Shown here piece by piece: positions 55,935-63,837 of a stretch of DNA of 63,837 nt. The stretch is taken from assembly GCA_043743535.1 (NCBI GenBank), contig JAYTWI010000002.1, positions 1 through 63,837 on the forward strand, read 5' to 3'. Within the stretch, counting starts at the first letter, position 1; each line of letters starts with the position of its first letter. This DNA is from Candidatus Moraniibacteriota bacterium. GTDB taxonomy: Bacteria > Patescibacteriota > Minisyncoccia > Moranbacterales > UBA1568. A model generated the notes under the pieces. The model saw only the letters and a list, made by a program, of their open reading frames with translations. It had not been told where the DNA came from and did not search any database. The translations under genes and the position numbers were made by a program.

Positions 55935-56633
55935 TTAAAAAGAATCCAGGATAGCACGGTATTCTTCTTCCCGCTCGGGATGAACCACCAGTTCGATGGT
56001 GCCGTCCGGAAGATTCTGGGAAAAGCCTGCGAAGTCATCGATCCAATCAAAACTGACCAAGTAATCTGAGGTAGCAATACGGGATTTTTCAAAATCAGAC
56101 ACGGAACGTTTCCAAAGGGTAGAGAGAATTTTTCCGACCAGCTTATGATGCATATCGACCAGCATCCCCCTCCTTCCGAAGCGCACAAATGAAATGTCAT
56201 ATTCCTTGGCTAGTTTGAGGACCAGCCTGAAAAAAACCGGGAAGTGATGAACATACTCATGCGAATTGAAACCATCCGGCAAACGGCCAAACAATTCCCG
56301 GAAACGCGCGATCTGGATACGCCATTCTTTTTCCGCCTTGGCACTCGTCACGTAGCCAGAAAAAAAGCGCAGCACAAAGTTAGTTACCCGCATAAAAACG
56401 CCGCCATACATCTTGTCACCGCTCTTCAGAAGGTTGATGAGCTCCAAATGGATATCAATCTTCACTCCGGTGGCGAGGAGCTCTAGAGCCTGTTCTTTCG
56501 AAACATAGTGGATAAGCACTGCCACGCGATCTATATGCCCTTCCCGCACCAAACGCAAAATGGGTTCCGCCGTCTGTCGGATACCATAATCATCAGCTGT
56601 CACAATAAAATGCTGTCGGGCGTTTTCAGTCAT
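55935..56633 (-). CDS. YdjC/ChbG-family carbohydrate deacetylase-like protein
   Basis: FIVTADDYGIRQTAEPILRLVREGHIDRVAVL resembles the YdjC N-terminal signature. Confidence 0.75.
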   Translation of the reverse strand: MTENARQHFIVTADDYGIRQTAEPILRLVREGHIDRVAVLIHYVSKEQALELLATGVKIDIHLELINLLKSGDKMYGGVFMRVTNFVLRFFSGYVTSAKAEKEWRIQIARFRELFGRLPDGFNSHEYVHHFPVFFRLVLKLAKEYDISFVRFGRRGMLVDMHHKLVGKILSTLWKRSVSDFEKSRIATSDYLVSFDWIDDFAGFSQNLPDGTIELVVHPEREEEYRAILDSF

Positions 56634-56711
56634 AGTGGTGTCCAGAAAAAACTTACCTGCTTATTATCGCAGAAACATATCTCACCGACAAGCGTTCATT
56701 GTACGGCGTCG

Positions 56712-57035
56712 TTAATACTTCCCTATCCGGACTCTCCCATCTATTATGACTACCCCTTCTTGTTTAAGCAGTCGCTCTTTGCCACGCGTCCCGCCACGAT
56801 TGTATGGCCCCAAACGACCATCGGCATAAATAACCCGGTGACAGGGAATACCTGGATCAAAATTTTTTTTCATCAGGGTACCCACTGCCCGAGCCGCTCC
56901 AGGGAATCCAGCCAGTTTAGCTATCTGACCATACGTAAGTACTCGCCCACAAAGAATCTTTCGCACAATCGAATAGACTGCTTGAGGAAAGTTCACGGGC
57001 TGCCGTTTTTTACTTGCTTGAGGCATGATTTTCAA
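56712..57035 (-). CDS. MGMT/Ogt-type DNA-binding domain protein with an intact PCHR active site (107 aa)
   Basis: TYGQIAKLAGFPGAARAVG (HTH) and IPCHRVI. The Ogt N-terminal domain is absent. TTG start. Confidence 0.8.
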   Translation of the reverse strand: MKIMPQASKKRQPVNFPQAVYSIVRKILCGRVLTYGQIAKLAGFPGAARAVGTLMKKNFDPGIPCHRVIYADGRLGPYNRGGTRGKERLLKQEGVVIIDGRVRIGKY

Positions 57036-57047
57036 ACGAGCAACAGA

Positions 57048-58076
57048 CTATGGTGTCACTGGACGAAGCGTCTCATGAGAAGCGCTCGTTGGAATCTCCG
57101 TAGTATGAGCTTGATCACTTTCCCCAAAGGCCTTCTTCAAAGCAACTCGAGCTGCTTCCATCGTCGTCTTAAATGCGTTCATTGCCTTTTCGATAGCCGC
57201 TTTTTTGGTCTCGGCTAAGGTCTTGACCTGACCACCTACTTTGTCAGTACTCTGCCGATCATTCTGCAGCGCCTGACGAGCAGCTGTAAGACTACTCTTG
57301 AGTGTTTCCCTCACCGTACTTGGGTCTGTACCACTTTCGCAACTGGCTTTGGCCGTACTGATAGCTGCATTCACTGCCGCCTTAAAAGTATCAGCCACAG
57401 ATTGTAGAGAGGTCTTTCTGCCGGTGCTTACAGCATCAACTGCCGTACGGAATGAAGCGATAGCGGCATCAACAGCAGCCTGTCTAGTGGTAACAGCAGC
57501 CTCCACAGTCTTTTTGAAATCGGCGACCGCCGCCTTTTGGGCGTCAGTAGTTGCTTTGGTTTCCAGTTTGGTATACATTTCTGCCCGCCTGGTCGCAGCC
57601 GCAGTCCGATCAGTTGTTAGCTCACTGTCACGGTTCGTACGATCACTCTGTACCGTAGCTTGACGGGTATTTTTTCGCTCTTCTATGTTTTTGTGCTCTT
57701 CCCCGAGTTTACCCTCAATACCAGTGGCTTTCTCCCCGAGGCGGCTACAGAACTGAGCACCATTGCCCCCGCCATTCTCCCCTTGATCATGGCTGCCGGA
57801 CATCATGCTTTTTCCATTCTGCTTTCCGGTTTGGCTATCGCCTGTCGTTTGATCCCCAGACATCATACGCACCCGCTTACCATGACCTCCACCTGTATCG
57901 GTCGTGGGTGATATATCAGAACTGCCCTCTACCTGTTGCGGTCGATTCGTGTCTCCCGAATGGCTGCTTTCGCTCTCCCCACCCCGAGCCAAAACAAAAG
58001 CAGGGACTGTCAAAACAACAGCGCAAAACAACGCTCCTCCGAGCACCTGATATTTTTTAGAGATTGTTTGGATCAT
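57048..58076 (-). CDS. Secreted Ala/Thr-rich helical-repeat protein
   Basis: Signal-like N-terminus, a Gly/Ser/Asp-rich linker, then repeated A-x-x-A-A-V / A-A-I helical segments. Confidence 0.55.
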   Translation of the reverse strand: MIQTISKKYQVLGGALFCAVVLTVPAFVLARGGESESSHSGDTNRPQQVEGSSDISPTTDTGGGHGKRVRMMSGDQTTGDSQTGKQNGKSMMSGSHDQGENGGGNGAQFCSRLGEKATGIEGKLGEEHKNIEERKNTRQATVQSDRTNRDSELTTDRTAAATRRAEMYTKLETKATTDAQKAAVADFKKTVEAAVTTRQAAVDAAIASFRTAVDAVSTGRKTSLQSVADTFKAAVNAAISTAKASCESGTDPSTVRETLKSSLTAARQALQNDRQSTDKVGGQVKTLAETKKAAIEKAMNAFKTTMEAARVALKKAFGESDQAHTTEIPTSASHETLRPVTP

Positions 58077-58410
58077 AAGTAGTGCCTAAATTATTAACGC
58101 TGCTGCTGTCTTTTTGTAAAACCGAGGCCTCTCCAGTCTGTTCTTTATCCAAAGCCGAAGTGTCAAGCGCAGTTTCCCCCGTGATATCGGCGGTTATGCC
58201 ATCAATGGTGGCCGGAACTGGTACCATAACGGCTGCCTCATCCTTCATAGGTGTTGTCACCTGTGGCTTCATCGGATTGACCACCTTCTTCGAAGGAAAA
58301 TCGTCCATTGTACTGTCCCTCATAGGAACAAACTGCTGGTAAACAACAAAAGCGAAAAGGAGTATCACGCCAACTGCCATCACCGCCAAAAGAATTTTTT
58401 TTTGCATCAT
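58057..58410 (-). CDS. Small membrane-anchored hypothetical protein
   Basis: 117 aa with N-terminal TM helix ILLAVMAVGVILLFAFVVY. Overlaps the next gene by 20 nt. Confidence 0.5.
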   Translation of the reverse strand: MMQKKILLAVMAVGVILLFAFVVYQQFVPMRDSTMDDFPSKKVVNPMKPQVTTPMKDEAAVMVPVPATIDGITADITGETALDTSALDKEQTGEASVLQKDSSSVNNLGTTYDPNNL

Positions 58411-58528
58411 AGAAAATTTGTTTTATACATTTATATTTTTTGTAAACAGAGAGGCCGACCATCACCTCCTGCTATTTTGTCTCCATTATAGCGAAAACGC
58501 TCTAAAATCACAATGGCCAATCAGCCAT

Positions 58529-60583
58529 TTATTTTCTTTTTTTCTTCGCACCACCCAAATTTTCTTCTAAAACACGAATTTCATCACGCACAATAGCGGC
58601 TGTCTCGAAATCAAGCAGCTTGACCGCCTCTTGCATCTCCTTTTCCTTCAAACGAATCAGCTTCTCCGGATCTTTAGCAAAAATTTCTTGATCCAAAGTA
58701 ACATTGGCTCGCACCGCCTTGTCGTGTTCACTCTCCAAATGCTCGGTAATATCGTGGATATTCTTTTTGATCGTTTGTGGGGTAATGCCATGCTCAGTGT
58801 TATAGGCGAACTGCTGTGCCCTCCGACGGTTCGTCTCGTCAATCGCTAGTCGCATCGAATTGGTTACTGACTCAGCGTAGAGTACTACTCGACCGGACGC
58901 ATTGCGCGCCGCCCGACCGATGGTCTGAATGAGCGAGGTCTCAGAACGAAGGAACCCCTCCTTATCAGCATCAAGAATACCAATAAACGAAACTTCGGGT
59001 AGATCCAAACCTTCGCGAAGCAGGTTCACTCCCACCAAACAATCGAACGTACCCTTACGAAAAGAAGTAAGAATCTTGATGCGATCGATGGTCTTAATAT
59101 CACTGTGGAGATACTCGGCTTTGATTTTTTTCTCCTTGAGATAAACACTCAAATCCTCTGCCATTTTCTTGGTCAAGGTAGTAGCGAGTACTCGGCCACC
59201 TCGCGCCACTTCCGCCACTGTCTGGGCGATAAAATTACCGATCTGCCCAGGATATACACCCTCTGGATACGAGGGGTCTTCTTTTTCCCGAATAGGTAAT
59301 ATTGCTACTTCTGGATCCAAAAGTCCCGTCGGACGAATAACCTGCTCCACGATCTGGGTACTCAATTCACGCTCATACAAGGCCGGGGTGGCCGAAGTAA
59401 AGACTACATTGCCCACCCGTTCCAAAAATTCCTCGTAGCGGAGCGGTCGGTTATCGAGCGCGCTCGGCAAACGAAAACCATATTCCACCAATGTTTTCTT
59501 GCGTGACTGATCACCGGCATACATCCCCCGCAGCTGGGGCAGTGTGACGTGCGACTCGTCGATGACCGTCAAAAAATCTGGTCGACCATCTGGCAGGTGC
59601 GGAAAATATGATAACAAAGTCTCCGGCGGTTCGCCGCTCTTCTTACCCGAGAGGTGACGGGAATAGTTTTCGATACCATTACAGTAGCCAATCTCGGCCA
59701 TCATAGCCAGATCATAGTTAGTGCGTCGTTTCAAGCGTTCCACCTCCAACAACTTCCCCTCGGCTTCCATTTCCCCCAATCGAATCGTCAATTCTTCACG
59801 AATAGAAACCAAGGCCCGTTCCTTCTGGCCCTTATCCGTAATAAAGTGCTTGGCCGGAAACAAAAAGATATTTTCGAGTTTGTCCAAAATTTTCTGCGAC
59901 ACGGGGTCAATCTTGGTGATGGCTACGATCTGACCCGCAAAAATTTCCAAAAGATAGATATACTTTTCCGAAATCGGCATAATTTCCACCCGATTGCCCA
60001 AACTCCGAAACTGTCCAGGGTTGATATCGGCGTTCGTGCGTTCAAAAAAGATTGCTACCAAACGATGCAGGAGTTCGGTCCGTGTCAGCTTCATTCCGAC
60101 TTCCAATCGCATATTTTCCTTTTCGTACTCGCTCGGCGAACCTAAACCATAGATACATGATACCGAAGCGATGATGATGACGTCCCGTCGCGTGAGGAGC
60201 GCTTGTGTCGAAGCATGACGCAAGCGATCGATCTCCTCATTGATTTGAGCATCCTTTTCGATATAGGTGTCAGATACTGGCATATAGGCTTCCGGCTGGT
60301 AGTAGTCATAGTAGGAAACGAAATAGTGCACCGCGTGTTTCGGAAAAAATTGCTGGTACTCCTGAGCCAACTGAGCGGCAAGCGTCTTGTTGTGAGCGAT
60401 GACCAGCGTCGGCTTGTCATACTGCGAGATGACATTGGCCATGGTAAATGTCTTGCCAGAGCCGGTCACTCCAAGCAAAGTCTGAAAACGTTGGCGTTCA
60501 GAAAGGCCACGTGCAAGCGCGGTGATAGCAAGAGGCTGATCACCAGCCGGAGCCCAATCAGAAACAAGGGAAAACGCTGCCAT
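58529..60583 (-). CDS. uvrB: Excinuclease ABC subunit B
   Basis: GVTGSGKTFTMA, VIDESHVTLPQ, and the C-terminal UVR domain FETAAIVRDEIRVLE. Confidence 0.93.
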   Translation of the reverse strand: MAAFSLVSDWAPAGDQPLAITALARGLSERQRFQTLLGVTGSGKTFTMANVISQYDKPTLVIAHNKTLAAQLAQEYQQFFPKHAVHYFVSYYDYYQPEAYMPVSDTYIEKDAQINEEIDRLRHASTQALLTRRDVIIIASVSCIYGLGSPSEYEKENMRLEVGMKLTRTELLHRLVAIFFERTNADINPGQFRSLGNRVEIMPISEKYIYLLEIFAGQIVAITKIDPVSQKILDKLENIFLFPAKHFITDKGQKERALVSIREELTIRLGEMEAEGKLLEVERLKRRTNYDLAMMAEIGYCNGIENYSRHLSGKKSGEPPETLLSYFPHLPDGRPDFLTVIDESHVTLPQLRGMYAGDQSRKKTLVEYGFRLPSALDNRPLRYEEFLERVGNVVFTSATPALYERELSTQIVEQVIRPTGLLDPEVAILPIREKEDPSYPEGVYPGQIGNFIAQTVAEVARGGRVLATTLTKKMAEDLSVYLKEKKIKAEYLHSDIKTIDRIKILTSFRKGTFDCLVGVNLLREGLDLPEVSFIGILDADKEGFLRSETSLIQTIGRAARNASGRVVLYAESVTNSMRLAIDETNRRRAQQFAYNTEHGITPQTIKKNIHDITEHLESEHDKAVRANVTLDQEIFAKDPEKLIRLKEKEMQEAVKLLDFETAAIVRDEIRVLEENLGGAKKKRK

Positions 60584-60603
60584 AGAAAATCACCCACAAA
60601 AAA

Positions 60604-61302
60604 TTATCTCCTCTTCGTATGAAAAAAATGTGCCAATTTCTGTCGCAAGTGTCCAACCAAACGCTTCCCCCTCCCACGATGGATATACAAAAAAGCGAGG
60701 AGGGCGATAATGAACACGGCCACGAAAATGTCTCCCCCCAACCGATACGGAGACAGTACCCGCCCCAAACGATGCAAAACAGCCAACCCGCTATAACCAG
60801 CATAGAGATAGAGCAAATCCTTGAAAAAATTGGCCGCGTACGTCGCTATCAAAAACACTCGGAGATCCATTTTAATAATGCCCGCGGCCAAGGACAGAGG
60901 CGTGGTAGGAAAGAAAGGAATGATGCGAAGCATAAACAACGCCCCCCCATCTTTCCAGTGATGCCCCACGAAACGCTTACCGATATTTTCGATCTCTTCG
61001 TGGCGCACCCCGAAGAATTTGGTCAGTCGCTTGATGAATAAGTCTTCCAACTTGTCACCGACAAAATAGTAAAACCACGCCCCGAAAAGTTTTCCGGCAC
61101 TCCCGACGAGCGCTAGCCATACCAAGTACTCTAGTGGCTGGTGACGAAACATCGCCAATGATCCCGCCGTCCCCATCACCAAAGCCGAAGGAATAGGACT
61201 GATTATCTCTTCCAAAAACGAACCAATAAAAGCAAAGACCTCCAGAGGAACCCGGGTGGCGAAATGCAAAATCAGTTGTTCGATGGTGCGCAAAAAATGC
61301 AT
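60604..61302 (-). CDS. DedA-family (VTT domain) membrane protein
   Basis: FLEEIISPIPSALVMGTAG and the overall topology. Start moved from GTG to ATG (MHFLRTIEQ). Confidence 0.75.
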   Translation of the reverse strand: MHFLRTIEQLILHFATRVPLEVFAFIGSFLEEIISPIPSALVMGTAGSLAMFRHQPLEYLVWLALVGSAGKLFGAWFYYFVGDKLEDLFIKRLTKFFGVRHEEIENIGKRFVGHHWKDGGALFMLRIIPFFPTTPLSLAAGIIKMDLRVFLIATYAANFFKDLLYLYAGYSGLAVLHRLGRVLSPYRLGGDIFVAVFIIALLAFLYIHRGRGKRLVGHLRQKLAHFFHTKRR

Positions 61303-61397
61303 AATTTCTTTCTCAGTATACCTCACCGAGGCTAATTACGAAAAACAGTCCGGCAGAGCAGAACTGTTTTCCTCATAATCATACTAGCAGCGCCCTG

Positions 61398-62606
61398 TTA
61401 GTTGATAAAGGTGAGAGCGTTCCCCTTTTTGTCACCACGACCAGTGCGACCGATGCGGTGGATATAGTCTTCGTAATTTTCCGGTAATTCGTAGTTGATG
61501 ACGTGAGTAACATCCGGGATATCAAGCCCCCGTGCTGCCACATCAGTCGCCACCAAGATAGCGATCTCGTCTTGGCTAAAGCGGCGCAGAGCCCGCTGGC
61601 GCTGTGACTGCGATTTGTCGCCGTGGATCGAGTCAGCCTTGAAACCACGTTCCTCCAAACGATGCGCTAGCTTGTCCACCGCGTGTTTGGTACGGCCAAA
61701 GATCAGGACTTTCTTAAACTCCGGCTTGAGCAGAAGATTATGTAAGACTTCAATTTTTTCTTCTTTTGGGGCGACCGAGATAACATCCTGATCGACGTTT
61801 TCCGACGTGGCCCGTGATTTGATAGTAACAGTCACAGGATCATTCAAAAATTTCTTGGCCAACTCAGCAATCTCGCGCGGCATAGTAGCCGAGAAAAAGA
61901 GCGACTGACGCGGCGATTTCATCAGAGCCACCAGGTATTTGATATCAGCGATAAACCCCATATCGAGCATGCGATCCACTTCATCGAGCACGATATTATT
62001 GAACTCAGCAAGATTCAATTTTTTGCGTTCGATCAGATCCTTGAGCCGCCCCGGTGTACCGATAACGAAACTCGGATCACGCGCCAGACTCTTCATCTGA
62101 TCCATGATATGGGCTCCACCAATACACAATGCGGCGTGCAGCCCAGAGCCAACAGAAAAAGCTCGCAGTTCTGTTTCGATCTGGAGCGCCAATTCGCGAG
62201 TCGGCACGATGATGAGTGCTTTTTCCGTACGATGTTTGAAAGTCTTGTGAATGAGTGGTAAAAGAAAAGCGGCCGTCTTGCCGGTGCCAGTATTGGCTAC
62301 GCCGATCAAATCCCGACCATTCAAGATATGAGGAATAGCCCCGTCCTGAATGGGCGTCGGATGGACATAGCCACGGGCAGCCACGATAGCCTTAAGCTTA
62401 CTGTGCATCTCGAAGTCAGCAAACATATGCTGCGGGTTGTAGACCTCTGTCTCAGTCGTCTGGATGGCCTTTTTGACGAACTGAGTGAAGTCGAGTTCGC
62501 GCTCATTACTCCGTCCACGTCGATTACGGGAAGAAGCGGTGCTTTGATGTCCGCCGGTTCGGCCTTTGGAACGAGGGGAACCACTCCTCGGATTTCTGCT
62601 AAACAT
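61398..62606 (-). CDS. DEAD-box ATP-dependent RNA helicase with an Arg/Gly/Ser-rich N-terminal extension
   Basis: Q-motif region, ANTGTGKTAAF, a DEVD box (VLDEVDRML), SAT and HRIGRTGRG. Confidence 0.9.
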   Translation of the reverse strand: MFSRNPRSGSPRSKGRTGGHQSTASSRNRRGRSNERELDFTQFVKKAIQTTETEVYNPQHMFADFEMHSKLKAIVAARGYVHPTPIQDGAIPHILNGRDLIGVANTGTGKTAAFLLPLIHKTFKHRTEKALIIVPTRELALQIETELRAFSVGSGLHAALCIGGAHIMDQMKSLARDPSFVIGTPGRLKDLIERKKLNLAEFNNIVLDEVDRMLDMGFIADIKYLVALMKSPRQSLFFSATMPREIAELAKKFLNDPVTVTIKSRATSENVDQDVISVAPKEEKIEVLHNLLLKPEFKKVLIFGRTKHAVDKLAHRLEERGFKADSIHGDKSQSQRQRALRRFSQDEIAILVATDVAARGLDIPDVTHVINYELPENYEDYIHRIGRTGRGDKKGNALTFIN

Positions 62607-62758
62607 TTTAGTAAATGTTATGAAGTTAAGCCTTATCTCCCCTTCAGAAAGAGATGAGACTCAACCAAAGGATAAGAGCCCGATATATAAGAGGGCTCTT
62701 GAGTAAGGACTTCATTAAAGCAGGAAAAAGAGAACCTGTCAAGGCCGCACTCTCCTAG

Positions 62759-63837
62759 GTGAATTCTAAACCCAATGCCCCTTTTTTGGAGTAGGATGGC
62801 AAGTAACCCATCTAAGCCAAAAAGGATATGCCTGTACAACGAGTAACTTTTCTTGAACGAGAACGTATTGAACTCTACCTCCGCATGAGGAAGAAAAAGA
62901 CATGGATCGCACAGAAGCTTGGGAGAGACTATTCTGTTATCAAACGAGAGATTCACAGGAACTCTGGGGAGTATCTTCCTTACACCGCTCTCTCTGCCCA
63001 GAAGGTAGCTGATCGAAATGCCAGGAAAACAAATACCAGAAAACTTGAGAAAGAAAAGAACGTTGTTTTAAAAGAGTTCGTAGAGAGCGAACTCATGACG
63101 GGACACTCTCCAGAACAGATCGCTGGGCGCTTGAAAGAAGTACCACTCCATACCACATCTGAAACAGTGTGTACCGAGACCATCTACCAGTACGTGTATG
63201 AAGGAGACGGTCAGATGGGAGGACTCTACAAAAAGCTCCGCAGGAAACAGAAACACCGACAGCCAAGAAGTGCTCGAAAACCTCAAAAAGAGCGTATCGC
63301 AGGGAGAATATCCGTCCACGAACGACCCCTTGTCATCGATGAGCGGAAACGGTATGGAGACTGGGAAACTGACTCCGTTATCTTCTCAGGTCAACAGTCG
63401 GTATTGTCAGTACAGGTGGAACGGAAGATGCGATTATGTCGCTTGAGAAAGGTAGAAAACAAGACAGCTCTCCAAAGTGAGCAAGCGATACAAGAACATC
63501 TTGCTATCTTGCCCCCGTTTCTTCGGAGAAGCATCACTAGAGACAATGGAACAGAAAACGTCTTACACAAGGAGACGAAGAGACTACTCGGCATACCTTC
63601 CTACTTCTGCGATACGTATGCCTCTTGGCAGAAAGGAGGAGTGGAGAATATGAATGGCTTGATCCGAGAGTATTTGCCGAGAAGCTGTGAGTTTGATTTA
63701 ATGACAGACAGAATGATATTTGAAGTACAAGAACGACTCAACAACCGTCCAAGAAAATGTCTTTCATACCAAACGCCCAATGAAATTTTCACCGCCCTCC
63801 TCGAAAAGAAAAAGAGGCATTAAATTCTAGAACTCAC
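62759..63837 (+). mobile_element. IS30-family insertion sequence (element 2), ending exactly at the window edge
   Basis: Left repeat gtgaattctaaacccaatgcc (62759-62779). Right repeat ggcattaaattctagaactcac (63816-63837), whose reverse complement gtgagttctagaatttaatgcc gives about 16 of 22 matches. Confidence 0.7.
62828..63823 (+). CDS. IS30-family DDE transposase (distinct from element 1)
   Basis: N-terminal HTH. DDE residues in YGDWETDSVI, ITRDNGTENV and SWQKGGVENMN. Only distantly similar to the 41093-42139 protein. Confidence 0.9.
   Translation: MPVQRVTFLERERIELYLRMRKKKTWIAQKLGRDYSVIKREIHRNSGEYLPYTALSAQKVADRNARKTNTRKLEKEKNVVLKEFVESELMTGHSPEQIAGRLKEVPLHTTSETVCTETIYQYVYEGDGQMGGLYKKLRRKQKHRQPRSARKPQKERIAGRISVHERPLVIDERKRYGDWETDSVIFSGQQSVLSVQVERKMRLCRLRKVENKTALQSEQAIQEHLAILPPFLRRSITRDNGTENVLHKETKRLLGIPSYFCDTYASWQKGGVENMNGLIREYLPRSCEFDLMTDRMIFEVQERLNNRPRKCLSYQTPNEIFTALLEKKKRH

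Noticed and set aside
56508-57218. 236-aa plus-strand ORF
   Set aside because: It is antisense to the ydjC-like, Ogt-like and secreted-protein genes and has no motifs.
1-63837. CRISPR array or other tandem repeat array
   Set aside because: Scanning the intergenic regions by eye, I found no regularly spaced direct repeats of 20-40 nt. The only repeats seen are IS ends, hairpins and the 10-nt-phased GTGGG boxes.

Overview
This is a 63.8-kb chromosomal segment in which almost every credible gene lies on the minus strand, with short or overlapping junctions.

Content from left to right:
1. A small accessory left end: a solo IS terminal repeat, G+C-rich orphan genes, tRNA-Arg(UCU), and an AT-rich Type III restriction-modification operon arranged mod-X-res.
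2. rfbC and rfbB, a KH-domain protein, and a compact dcw cluster (mraZ-rsmH-ftsL-ftsI-murF) with a readable promoter and MraZ-box-like repeats.
3. Housekeeping genes (pepA, bcp, rarA, xth, a MiaB-like gene, rlmN) and envelope proteins (a Memo-CapA fusion and an 800-aa anchored protein).
4. A type IV pilus-like cluster (pilC, three pseudopilin-like genes, pilM/N/O).
5. Nucleotide excision repair genes spread over 25 kb: uvrA copy 1 with uvrC, uvrA copy 2, and uvrB. An Ogt-like mini protein and a Pif1/RecD-like helicase sit among them.
6. Two different IS30-family elements in opposite orientation, plus solo copies of their terminal repeats.
7. At least five short G+C-rich patches in which all six frames stay open. 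Each holds orphan genes, including a PEP-CTERM protein and an orphan PurM-like enzyme.

I found no rRNA gene and no CRISPR array. The compact one-directional layout, the short UvrC and the many small membrane proteins fit a small-genome uncultivated bacterium such as Patescibacteria/CPR. That placement is inference only.

The best candidates for something new are:
- the three-gene Type III R-M operon;
- the PEP-CTERM island;
- the PurM-like island;
- the two UvrA paralogs, which appear to have complementary domain changes;
- two ORF-free, highly structured intergenic regions.

Coordinate caveat: CDS coordinates follow the supplied ORF track, with starts moved by codon arithmetic where stated. 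Hairpin and repeat coordinates were indexed by hand and may be off by 1-2 nt. I saw a 1-nt disagreement between my indexing and the track near 57000.
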